Below, piece after piece: positions 55,944 through 64,000 of a DNA stretch of 64,000 nt. The translations under genes were made by a program, and so were the position numbers. The notes under the pieces are model-generated. The model saw only the letters and a program-made list of their open reading frames with translations, had not been told where the DNA came from and did not search any database. How positions within the stretch are numbered: position 1 is the first letter of the stretch; each line of letters starts with the position of its first letter. Source of the stretch: Longimicrobiales bacterium (GTDB taxonomy: Bacteria; Gemmatimonadota; Gemmatimonadetes; Longimicrobiales; Gaopeijiaceae); assembly GCA_965248195.1 (NCBI GenBank), contig CBDFIQ010000001.1:1312001-1376000 (forward strand), read 5' to 3'.

Positions 55944-57452
55944 TTACGCGATGATGTCGTGAATGACCTCACCCGCGACGTCTGTCAATCGGAAGTCACG
56001 ACCACTGTAGTTGTAGGTCAGCTTCTCGTGGTCGATCCCCATCAGGTGGAGGATCGTCGCGTGTAGGTCGTGGATGTGCACCGGGTTCTCGACAGCCTTG
56101 AAGCCGAAGTCGTCGGTGGACCCATAGGTCATCCCACCCTTCACGCCACCACCGGCCAGCCACACGGAAAAGCCGAAGGGGTTATGGTCGCGGCCGTTCG
56201 TGACGCGACCCATGGCCCCGCCACCCCCGGTCTCGAGGACCGGGGTCCGCCCGAACTCGGTGCCGCACACTACGAGCGTCTCATCGAAGAGCCCCCGCGA
56301 CTTGAGATCCTTGATGACCGCCGCGAAGGCCTGATCGGAGTGCCGGGCGTTGACCCGGTGTTTCATGATGTCGCCGTGGTGATCCCACGGATCCCCTTTC
56401 GCGTAGTAGACCTGTACCATGCGCACGCCCTGCTCGATGAGGCGCACGGCCATCAGACACCCTCGTGCCGTGCTGCCCGGCCCGTAGAGCTGCTGCGTCG
56501 CCTCGGTCTCCTTCCGGATGTCGAAGACGTCGGGAGCCTCGGTCTGCATGCGGTACGCGATCTCCATTGCGTCGATCGCACCCTCGATCTGCTCGTCCTG
56601 TTGTCCAAGGCGCTCCAGGTGGAGACGGTTCAGCCTTTCTACTAGGTCCACCTCTCGACGCTGGTCGTCCAACTCCACTGCGTCGGTGTGGATGTTGGGA
56701 ATCAGGTCGTACGGATCGAAGTCCTCCTCTAGCCGTGGGACCTTGTCAGAAATGAACGTGCCCTGGTGGATCGCGGGCAGCCAGGCGTTGCTCCACAGAG
56801 GCGGCCCGATCACGGTCGGCTGCTCCGGACAGAGCACGACGAAGCCGGGGAGGTTCTCGTTTTCCGTGCCCAAACCGTAGGTGAGCCACGAACCCAGAGA
56901 GGGCCGACCAGGCTGGATATGCCCGGTATTCATCATGAGCAGCGATGGCTCGTGGTTCGGGATGTCCGTCCACATGGAACGAATCAGGCAGATGTCGTCG
57001 ACGACCCCTCCGACGTGCGGGAAGAGCTCGCTGATCGCAGTGCCCGACTCTCCGTAGCGTTGGAAGCTGAACGGCGACTTCATGAGAGCCCCGGTCTTCC
57101 GCTCCGTCTTGACTTCACCCGTCGGAAGCGGCTGCCCGTGGTACCTCTCGAGCTCGGGCTTGGGGTCGAACGTGTCGACTTGAGAGACCCCACCGTTCAT
57201 GAAGAGGAAGATCACGTTCTTGGCGCGCGGCTCGAAGTCGGGCTTCGGAATCAGCCCACCCATCACGGAGCGGATCGGGCTCGCGGCCTCGGCCATCGAC
57301 TCCCCGACCATCTGGGAGAACGCCATCATGCCGAAGCCCGCTCCCATCGTCTTCAGCGCCTGACGCCTGGTCTGCGGGTGGCTGTGGATGATGCCACATC
57401 CGTCGTGATGGCGATGATCGCGTGGGTGATGCCCCTGTGGGTGGCCGGACAT
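55944..57452 (-). CDS. DUF1501 domain-containing protein (Tat-like signal)
   Basis: TRRQAL; IFLFMNGGVSQVDTFDPKP, WDHH, EFGRTP, GRDHNP, DFRLTDV. Confidence 0.9.
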   Translation of the reverse strand: MSGHPQGHHPRDHRHHDGCGIIHSHPQTRRQALKTMGAGFGMMAFSQMVGESMAEAASPIRSVMGGLIPKPDFEPRAKNVIFLFMNGGVSQVDTFDPKPELERYHGQPLPTGEVKTERKTGALMKSPFSFQRYGESGTAISELFPHVGGVVDDICLIRSMWTDIPNHEPSLLMMNTGHIQPGRPSLGSWLTYGLGTENENLPGFVVLCPEQPTVIGPPLWSNAWLPAIHQGTFISDKVPRLEEDFDPYDLIPNIHTDAVELDDQRREVDLVERLNRLHLERLGQQDEQIEGAIDAMEIAYRMQTEAPDVFDIRKETEATQQLYGPGSTARGCLMAVRLIEQGVRMVQVYYAKGDPWDHHGDIMKHRVNARHSDQAFAAVIKDLKSRGLFDETLVVCGTEFGRTPVLETGGGGAMGRVTNGRDHNPFGFSVWLAGGGVKGGMTYGSTDDFGFKAVENPVHIHDLHATILHLMGIDHEKLTYNYSGRDFRLTDVAGEVIHDIIA

Positions 57453-57480
57453 ATCCGCTCCTAGGAGCTCTCGTCTGACA

Positions 57481-60400
57481 TCAATCGATGAATCGGAATT
57501 CGGCGGCGCTGAACAGAGCCCGGGCGTACTGTACCCATGCCTTCATGGAAGCCCGCCGCGCGGCGAGCTCAGCACGGTCAGTCTCGGCCTTGGCCAGCTG
57601 CTCGGCGTTCCCTTCGTCGTCCGGTTCGGCACTCTCGTCGGGTTCGTCCGTCCCGGCGGCCGTCTCGTCCGCCTCCTCCTCCGCGATCTCCTCCAACACC
57701 TGCTCCAGCCAAGACGCTCGCTGCTCGGTGAGGAACTCGAGTCCGAGCTGGACCTCCTGGTCGGTCACGGCCCGGCCGTACAGAAGCGGGTAGGCGGTCC
57801 CGATCATGTCCCGATCGTTGAAGCTCACGGGCAGGTCGTCGTCCTTGTCTTCTTGGTCGTCGTCGTCTTGGTCGTCGTCCTTGCCTTCTTGGTCGTCGTC
57901 GTCTCGGGCGTCGTCCCCGTCGCCCTCTGCGTCACCCCGGTTGGCAGCGGCCTGCGCCTCGCCCTTGACCTCGGCCACCTCCTCGTCCTTGTCCTCGGCC
58001 ACCTCCTCGTCCCCCGCGGTCTCCGTGGCGAGTCGCTTGACCAAGGCCTCGGCCTGCCTCTGCACGAATGGTGAGTTCATGAAATAGAGGCTTTGCAGCG
58101 GCACGTTCGTGCTGAAGCGCCGCTCGGCGGTCAGGCTCGGGTTCGGGAAGTCGAACGTCTGCAGGTACTCGTTGACCTGGAAACGACTCACCTCGCCGTA
58201 GATCGTGCGTCTGTTGTTCTCGTCGCTCTCCAGCAGCAGCGACTTGCCCCCCACTTTGGCGTCGAGATTCCCGGATACGTGCAGCAGTGCATCCCGAATA
58301 CCTTCCGCCCCCAACCGCTGCCGGTTGAACCGCCAGTAGTACCGGTTGTTGGGGTCGACGTCGTCGAAGGCGGGATTCTCGTCGGCGGACAGCTGGTAGA
58401 CGGACGACAGCATGATGTCTCGATGGAGTTGCTTGATCGACATGCCGTTGTCGACAAAGCGCGAGGTGAGGAACTCCAACAACTCGGGGTTCGTCGGTGG
58501 GTCTCCCGCGAAGCCGAAGTTGCTCGGCGACGGAACGATGCCCGTGCCCAGGTGCCAAGCCCAGACGCGGTTGACGATGACGCGTGCCGTGATCGGGTGC
58601 TCTGCGATGTCCTCGGCGAGTCCGAGCCGGCCGCTGCCCTCATCGTAGCTCGGCGCCTTCTCGTCTAGGACGTGGAGGAAGCTCCTCGGCACCCTCTCGC
58701 CCAGGTTGTTCGGATTGCCGCGGAGGTGCAGGCCGATGTCCTCGATGGCCTCCTCGTCCTTGTCCCTGACGCCCATGACGAACGGGATGTCCGGAAGCTC
58801 CTCCTTCAGCTCCTTGATCTCCTCTCGCGTCGCCTCGACATGGGCCGCCGATACGCGGCTCAGTTGCCGCTCGAGCCCCCATTCGGAGAACCGCAGCAGT
58901 GCCGGCTCCTTGAAGAACGTGTCGATCTCGTAGTCGAGGTCGGTGCGGTAGACGTCGGCGTAGAGGTTGAAGCGCTCCCGCTCCATCGTGTCGAGCTCGA
59001 GCTGATGCTTGTCGAAGAAGCTCTCGAAGCCGTTCGGCATCGGGGTCGATTTCACCTCCTCGAGAGGTGTACCCTTTGCGATGATCTTGCCGTTGCGCTC
59101 CTCGAGCTTCTGCTGCTCGGCGACGATCTCGAGCAGCAGCCTCTGAAAGCCGTCGGCTAGCTCCTGCGCACGCTCCTCGGTGCCCCCCTCGTCGGCGATC
59201 ATCTCCTGCCATGGCACGAGGTAGGGATAGTGCTTCGGCTCGTCGTCGAGGAAGTCGATCCACCGCTCGATCGTCTCGAGGTCCAGTCGGCCCTCGCTCG
59301 CCGCTCGCTCCACCGGGATCTGCTCCTTACCGGTCACCTTCCAGGCGGCCATCATGTACTGCGACGTCTGCAGCGTGAGGACTCGGGAGAGCTGCTCGCT
59401 CTCCGTTCGCATGTATTGCGTGAGACCCTCTTCCAAGCTCTTGATGAACTCCTGGTCGCTCTTGAACTCCGCAGCCGTTGCCGAGTCGGCGACGGGGTAT
59501 TCGTAATACACCGTGTTGTCGAAGATCCCGGCCAACGAGTAGTAATCATGCTGCCCGATCGGGTCGTACTTGTGGTCGTGGCAGCGTGCGCAGCCGACCG
59601 TGAGGCCGAGGAATGCACGGGACGTCACGTCGACCCGGTCGTGTCGCTCGTCGGCTCGCGCGACCGGGGGATCGGCGATGTCGTAGTACCAAGGTCCCTG
59701 GCCCAGGAAGCCCAGGGCCGGTAACAGGTCGTCCCTCTCCGCCTCCGGCATCTGGTCGGCAGCGAGGTGGGCCATGACGAACCTGTCGTAAGGCATGTCG
59801 TCGTTGAGCGCCTTCACGACCCAGTCGCGCTGCAGGTAGCCCATGGGATAGCGCTCCCGCCCGGAACCGCCCTTTGCGAGTCCGCGCGTATCGTCCTCAC
59901 CGAATCGGATCACGTCGAGCCAATGCCGTCCCCACCGCTCGCCATAGTGGTCGGACTCGAGCAGCCTCTCTACGGCTTTCTCGAAGGCGTTCTCTGAATC
60001 GTCGTTGATGAAAGCCTCGACCTCTTCGGGCGTCGGGGGCAGACCGGTCAGGTCGAACGCCGCTCGCCGAATCAACTGACGCCCGTCCGCCGGTCTCACC
60101 GGATGGAGACCCTGCTCCTCGAGTTTGGCCAGCACGAAGCGGTCGATGTCGGTCTTGGCCCACTCGTCCGACGACGGAGTCGGCACCGTCGGATGCGTCA
60201 GCGGCTGGAAAGACCAGAAGGCGCGCTCCTCGTCCGCGATCGCCCGGCGCGGAAGCGCGACCGGGGCCGCCACATCGGCCCATTCGGCTCCAGCGCGGAT
60301 CCACTCCACGAAGCCCTGGATCTCGCGGTCTGTCAGTTGGTCAGCGTTGCGGGGCATCTGGAGATCGTCACTCTCGTGCCGCAAAGCCGCGATCAAGACG

Positions 60401-61023
60401 CTCTGCTCTGGATTCCCGGGGATGATCGCCGGGCCGCGACCGCCGCCCTGCAGCACCCGTTCCCGAGAGTCGAGCCGCAGCCCGCCGCGCTCGTCGTCAG
60501 TGTGACAGGCGAAGCAACTGCGCTCCAGCACGGGCCTCACTCGGTCGACGAAGAGCTGCCCGCCCAGAGACAGACCTTCGTCGGCCACAGCCCTTACGGC
60601 CACCCGATCTTCCTCCGGCCAGAGCGCCTCCATCCTGATCCATTCGGCGAGGCCCTCGATCTCGCGGGGGCTCAACGGCTCGCCGTCTTGCGGCATCTCG
60701 AGATCGGCGACCTCGTGCCGGACGACCTTGATCAGCAGGCTGTTGTCCGGGTCCCCCGGAATGATCGCTGGGCCCGTGCGGCCACCGGCGAGCAACGCCT
60801 CCAACGAGTTGAGGCGCAAGCCACCAAGTCGCACCTCGGCGTGACACCCATAGCACTTGCCAGCCAGCACCGGTCGCACCCGGGTCTCGAAGAACTCGTC
60901 GGTCGACTGGGCGCTGGCGGTGAAGGCCGTGATGACTAGCGCGAGACTGATCGCCGCACCTAATGCGGCGGTCTTCTTCATAAATGAAGTTGGCGGAGGT
61001 TGCATCACGGATTCACCTGCCAT
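57481..61023 (-). CDS. PSD1/PSCyt (DUF1553/DUF1549) protein with two planctomycete cytochrome c domains
   Basis: CYGCH, CFACH, CARCHDHKYDPI, YGERWGRHWLD, ARVIVNRVW, PLQSLYFMNS; start uncertain (61023/61005/60981). Confidence 0.9.
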   Translation of the reverse strand: MAGESVMQPPPTSFMKKTAALGAAISLALVITAFTASAQSTDEFFETRVRPVLAGKCYGCHAEVRLGGLRLNSLEALLAGGRTGPAIIPGDPDNSLLIKVVRHEVADLEMPQDGEPLSPREIEGLAEWIRMEALWPEEDRVAVRAVADEGLSLGGQLFVDRVRPVLERSCFACHTDDERGGLRLDSRERVLQGGGRGPAIIPGNPEQSVLIAALRHESDDLQMPRNADQLTDREIQGFVEWIRAGAEWADVAAPVALPRRAIADEERAFWSFQPLTHPTVPTPSSDEWAKTDIDRFVLAKLEEQGLHPVRPADGRQLIRRAAFDLTGLPPTPEEVEAFINDDSENAFEKAVERLLESDHYGERWGRHWLDVIRFGEDDTRGLAKGGSGRERYPMGYLQRDWVVKALNDDMPYDRFVMAHLAADQMPEAERDDLLPALGFLGQGPWYYDIADPPVARADERHDRVDVTSRAFLGLTVGCARCHDHKYDPIGQHDYYSLAGIFDNTVYYEYPVADSATAAEFKSDQEFIKSLEEGLTQYMRTESEQLSRVLTLQTSQYMMAAWKVTGKEQIPVERAASEGRLDLETIERWIDFLDDEPKHYPYLVPWQEMIADEGGTEERAQELADGFQRLLLEIVAEQQKLEERNGKIIAKGTPLEEVKSTPMPNGFESFFDKHQLELDTMERERFNLYADVYRTDLDYEIDTFFKEPALLRFSEWGLERQLSRVSAAHVEATREEIKELKEELPDIPFVMGVRDKDEEAIEDIGLHLRGNPNNLGERVPRSFLHVLDEKAPSYDEGSGRLGLAEDIAEHPITARVIVNRVWAWHLGTGIVPSPSNFGFAGDPPTNPELLEFLTSRFVDNGMSIKQLHRDIMLSSVYQLSADENPAFDDVDPNNRYYWRFNRQRLGAEGIRDALLHVSGNLDAKVGGKSLLLESDENNRRTIYGEVSRFQVNEYLQTFDFPNPSLTAERRFSTNVPLQSLYFMNSPFVQRQAEALVKRLATETAGDEEVAEDKDEEVAEVKGEAQAAANRGDAEGDGDDARDDDDQEGKDDDQDDDDQEDKDDDLPVSFNDRDMIGTAYPLLYGRAVTDQEVQLGLEFLTEQRASWLEQVLEEIAEEEADETAAGTDEPDESAEPDDEGNAEQLAKAETDRAELAARRASMKAWVQYARALFSAAEFRFID

Positions 61024-61089
61024 AAGCGCACGAACTTGGTATGGCTAACATATCATCTGGACTCGACCGTGGCCAAAGCTCAGTGCCGA

Positions 61090-62859
61090 TCAGGGCCCGA
61101 TCGATACGGCCGCACACGTCGCGTTTCCAGAGCGATCCGCGGCGCACACCTCGAGATCCACCGCCGACGCCGGAACCGTGGCCGACCATAGATACTCGCC
61201 GTACCACGTCATCGGCGTAACGGAGTCCTGCGCTCCGCGGGTCCAGCGCACCTCCACATACTGCCACTCCTCCAGCAGTAACGGGCTCTTTCGATCATGA
61301 ACTCGGGCGCGCACAAGAAATCCCCCGGCGGACGGGCTCGCGCCCGGAATACTCACGACCGGCACAGCCGTATCGGGAGCCAAGCCTCGACCAAAGAAGA
61401 CTCGTTCCTCCACCGCGCCCTCCACTTCTCCCTGTGACTGGACTACGTCGATGCGGCCATCCCCATCGAGATCGCCGATCGCCATGCCTAATGTGCCCGG
61501 GGTCTCCGCGCCCACGAAGACCTCGTTCGCAGTGCGCAGGTTCCCGGTACCGTCGTTGATGAGAAGGCGGTCGGGGCCGGAGAGCGACCCAATGAGGAAG
61601 TCGGCGTCGCCATCCGAATCATAGTCCAGGAACGAGACCATGTTGTCGTCTTCGCCGATGTTGTCGGCAGCTGGCCATAACACGTCGGTCATGTCGCTGA
61701 ATCCGCCCTGGCCGTTATTCATGAAGAGGTGCTCACGCCGGCTCGAACCTCTTCCGCCGACGATGTCACCGTCGTTGGTAGTCACAAGATCGAGGAAGCC
61801 GTCCCCGTCGAGATCCATCGCCTCGAATTCGTAATTGTTCGTGTACTGCGGCAGTCCACGAGCCTCCTCGAACATTCCGCTCCCGTCGTTCGTGAACATG
61901 ACGCTGCCCCCGCAGCGCTTGCACGAAACGAGTACATCGAGGTCGTAGTCGTTGTCGACGTCGACCAGCTCGACCTCCCAAGAAAAGCGAACGAGCGTCT
62001 CCGGCATGCGCGCGGACGTAGCGTCGGTGAAGCGCCCGCCTCCGTCGTTGAGCCACAGGCGAGTGCGTCCTCCCTGGTTCACCATGTTGTTACCGGGGCC
62101 CCAGTCGGCAAGCACCAGGTCGAGATCGCCGTCGCCGTCCACGTCTCCCGGCTCGGCGTCGCCAAGGCTCAAGTCGATCCGAGGCAGATGCGTCGCGGTG
62201 ACCTCCTCGAACGCTCCGTCGCCCACGCCCAGGAAGAGGCGGCTCTGAGTCTGATAGGTCGTGCCGACGAAGATGTCGACATCACCATCCCCATCGAAAT
62301 CTCTCGCCTTGATCACGCGTGAGATATCGGGACGCGGGCCCAGGACGTCGGCGGTGCGTTGTTCGAAACGCTGACCCGGCCCGCGGTTCATGAATACGCG
62401 GTTCGGCTCCGGATCGCCGGGGGTCGAGTAGTCCCCGCCGTTCGCGAACAGGATGTCGAGCCACCCATCACCATTTAGATCGGCGAGTTCGACCTTGTTG
62501 CTCCACTCGGCCGTGGAGTCGAGGACCTCGTCGGTCGCGTCGACCCAAAGGGCGCGTGGCAGAGGACTCGCAGTGCCGTCGAGTCCGACATCGGGCGCAG
62601 GGTTGGCAGGCGTGCAGGTCGACAGGACAGTGGCGACGAGGAGTACAGTGCTCAGGCGCAGCTGGAGGCGCTCGACGTTAATGACGGACTCCGGAGCGAA
62701 GGTCCAGGGCTGCGTAGAAGTTCTCCGAGCAGCATGTGCCATACTCGAAAGCGTTGATAGGGTTGTCAACATGGCTCGCCGGGCCTGATGCCGGCGAGTG
62801 GGACGACACTGATCCGTTGAGTGAACGCCTGGCTTTCCACGCGGCACCGGATCCGGCAA
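61090..62859 (-). CDS. FG-GAP/VCBS repeat-containing secreted protein
   Basis: Repeated D(L/F/V)(N/D)GDG.(L/V)D motifs; the true start is probably downstream, near the hydrophobic segment at about 62680. Confidence 0.8.
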   Translation of the reverse strand: MPDPVPRGKPGVHSTDQCRPTRRHQARRAMLTTLSTLSSMAHAARRTSTQPWTFAPESVINVERLQLRLSTVLLVATVLSTCTPANPAPDVGLDGTASPLPRALWVDATDEVLDSTAEWSNKVELADLNGDGWLDILFANGGDYSTPGDPEPNRVFMNRGPGQRFEQRTADVLGPRPDISRVIKARDFDGDGDVDIFVGTTYQTQSRLFLGVGDGAFEEVTATHLPRIDLSLGDAEPGDVDGDGDLDLVLADWGPGNNMVNQGGRTRLWLNDGGGRFTDATSARMPETLVRFSWEVELVDVDNDYDLDVLVSCKRCGGSVMFTNDGSGMFEEARGLPQYTNNYEFEAMDLDGDGFLDLVTTNDGDIVGGRGSSRREHLFMNNGQGGFSDMTDVLWPAADNIGEDDNMVSFLDYDSDGDADFLIGSLSGPDRLLINDGTGNLRTANEVFVGAETPGTLGMAIGDLDGDGRIDVVQSQGEVEGAVEERVFFGRGLAPDTAVPVVSIPGASPSAGGFLVRARVHDRKSPLLLEEWQYVEVRWTRGAQDSVTPMTWYGEYLWSATVPASAVDLEVCAADRSGNATCAAVSIGP

Positions 62860-62904
62860 GTTGGCCCACCCCCCAGAAGCCCTGCCAAGTAAGGAGAAAG
62901 AGAC

Positions 62905-63981
62905 ATGCCGTCCTCCACCCGTTCGATCCTCGGCCCGGTTGTGGTCGCGCTCGCGCTCGCATCATTGATCGCCCCGCAATCCCCGCTCGCGGCGCAGCAG
63001 CCCGCGGCGCCCGTGGGTGCCTACGACGCGTCGCCGTATCTGGGGGAGATCCGTAACACTGTCCTCTATGGAGACATCTGGGAGCGGCCCCAACTTTCGG
63101 CCCGAGACCGTAGCCTCGTCACGGTCGCCGTGACCCAGGCGCTCTACGCGACGAACGAGCTTCGCCTCCACATCGGCAGGGCACTCGACAACGGCGTCAC
63201 GCAGAGCGAGATCGCCGAGCTCATCGCGCACGTGCTGTGGTATTCGGGATTCCCGACCGCGGTGAACGCGGCCCGGGTCGCCGCCGAGGTGTTTGCCGAG
63301 CGCAGCCTCCCGGAGTCCCCGCCGGAGTCGTCGCCGCGGGAACCCAGTCTGGACGATCCCCTTTTCCCTGGCGTCTTTCCCGCCACCCCCTACGTCGGGG
63401 ACCTCCTCAATCTGCTCTACGCCGAGACCTGGGAGCGACCGGAGTTGTCGCTCCGGGATCGGAGCCTCGTGACCGTGGCGGTCGGCACGGCGCTTTATGC
63501 GTCCAGCGAGGTCCGCTTCCACGTGGGTCGGGCGCTCGACAATGGGGTGACCCAGGAGGAGATTTCCGAACTCATCACCCACGTGACGTTCTACTCCGGC
63601 TTCCCGACAGGCGTGAACGCGGCGCGTGTGGCCGCTGATGTGTTCGAACAGCGAGGCCTGCCACTGCCGGACGCTCGGTTCCCCGGCGCTCCTTATCTCG
63701 ATACGCTGATCTCCGGCCTCGTTTACCGCGACACCTGGCCGCGCAGCGAGCTGTCGCTTCGTGACCGCAGCCTCATCACGATCGCCATGACACAGGCCGC
63801 GTACCAAACGGACCAACTCCGCGGTCACCTCGGACGGGGGCTCGACAACGGCATCACGCCGGAAGAGCTCTCCGAGATGATGGCCCATGTGACGCTGTAT
63901 TCGGGCTTCCCGAGCGGAGTGAACGGGTCGCGGTTGCTGGCCGCTGTGCTGCAAGAGCGCGGGATTCCGCTCCCGAACTGA
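62905..63981 (+). CDS. Secreted protein with three tandem carboxymuconolactone decarboxylase (CMD) domains
   Basis: AAGGAG RBS; signal peptide; three W.R..LS.RDRSL.T.A...H.GR.LDNG.T..E..E...H...YSGFP units. Confidence 0.88.
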   Translation: MPSSTRSILGPVVVALALASLIAPQSPLAAQQPAAPVGAYDASPYLGEIRNTVLYGDIWERPQLSARDRSLVTVAVTQALYATNELRLHIGRALDNGVTQSEIAELIAHVLWYSGFPTAVNAARVAAEVFAERSLPESPPESSPREPSLDDPLFPGVFPATPYVGDLLNLLYAETWERPELSLRDRSLVTVAVGTALYASSEVRFHVGRALDNGVTQEEISELITHVTFYSGFPTGVNAARVAADVFEQRGLPLPDARFPGAPYLDTLISGLVYRDTWPRSELSLRDRSLITIAMTQAAYQTDQLRGHLGRGLDNGITPEELSEMMAHVTLYSGFPSGVNGSRLLAAVLQERGIPLPN

Positions 63982-64000
63982 GGCGGCGCGAACCGGTATG

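Overview
GC-rich bacterial DNA. The gene content (PadR/ADOP permease pair, DUF5916, choice-of-anchor B, DUF1501 with PSD1/PSCyt) suggests a Gemmatimonadota- or Acidobacteriota-like organism; this is inference only. Housekeeping-type genes lie at 1-11.3 kb and 55.9-64 kb. Between them, a tRNA-Lys(CTT) gene at 11435-11508 has its 3' half repeated exactly at 29577-29623 and 55762-55806, which defines two tandem genomic islands. Island 1 (about 18 kb) has an intact tyrosine integrase with matching arm-type repeats at both ends, a truncated excisionase, IS256 and IS3 sequences, decayed restriction-modification fragments (including an in-frame hsdM::hsdR chimera), two OM beta-barrel paralogs, and a 1869-aa repeat-rich autotransporter-like adhesin ending in a SPOR domain and coupled to a Pal-like lipoprotein. 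Island 2 (about 26 kb) has no integrase and is a mosaic. It holds a tannase gene plus three paralogous secreted proteins and DUF6152, and two PadR modules. It also holds the best candidate for an undescribed system: a self-contained sigma54 regulon. A MEDS protein and a GAF-PAS-PAS FhlA-like activator sit between two outward-facing operons. Each operon has a -24/-12 promoter and the same ATTTCG-N9-CGAAAT palindrome about 117 bp upstream. The operons encode an RclC-like protein, DUF4142, a cupredoxin and a cytochrome P460 on one side, and a NADP oxidoreductase and YceI on the other. All product calls come from motif recognition by eye; no database searches were run.
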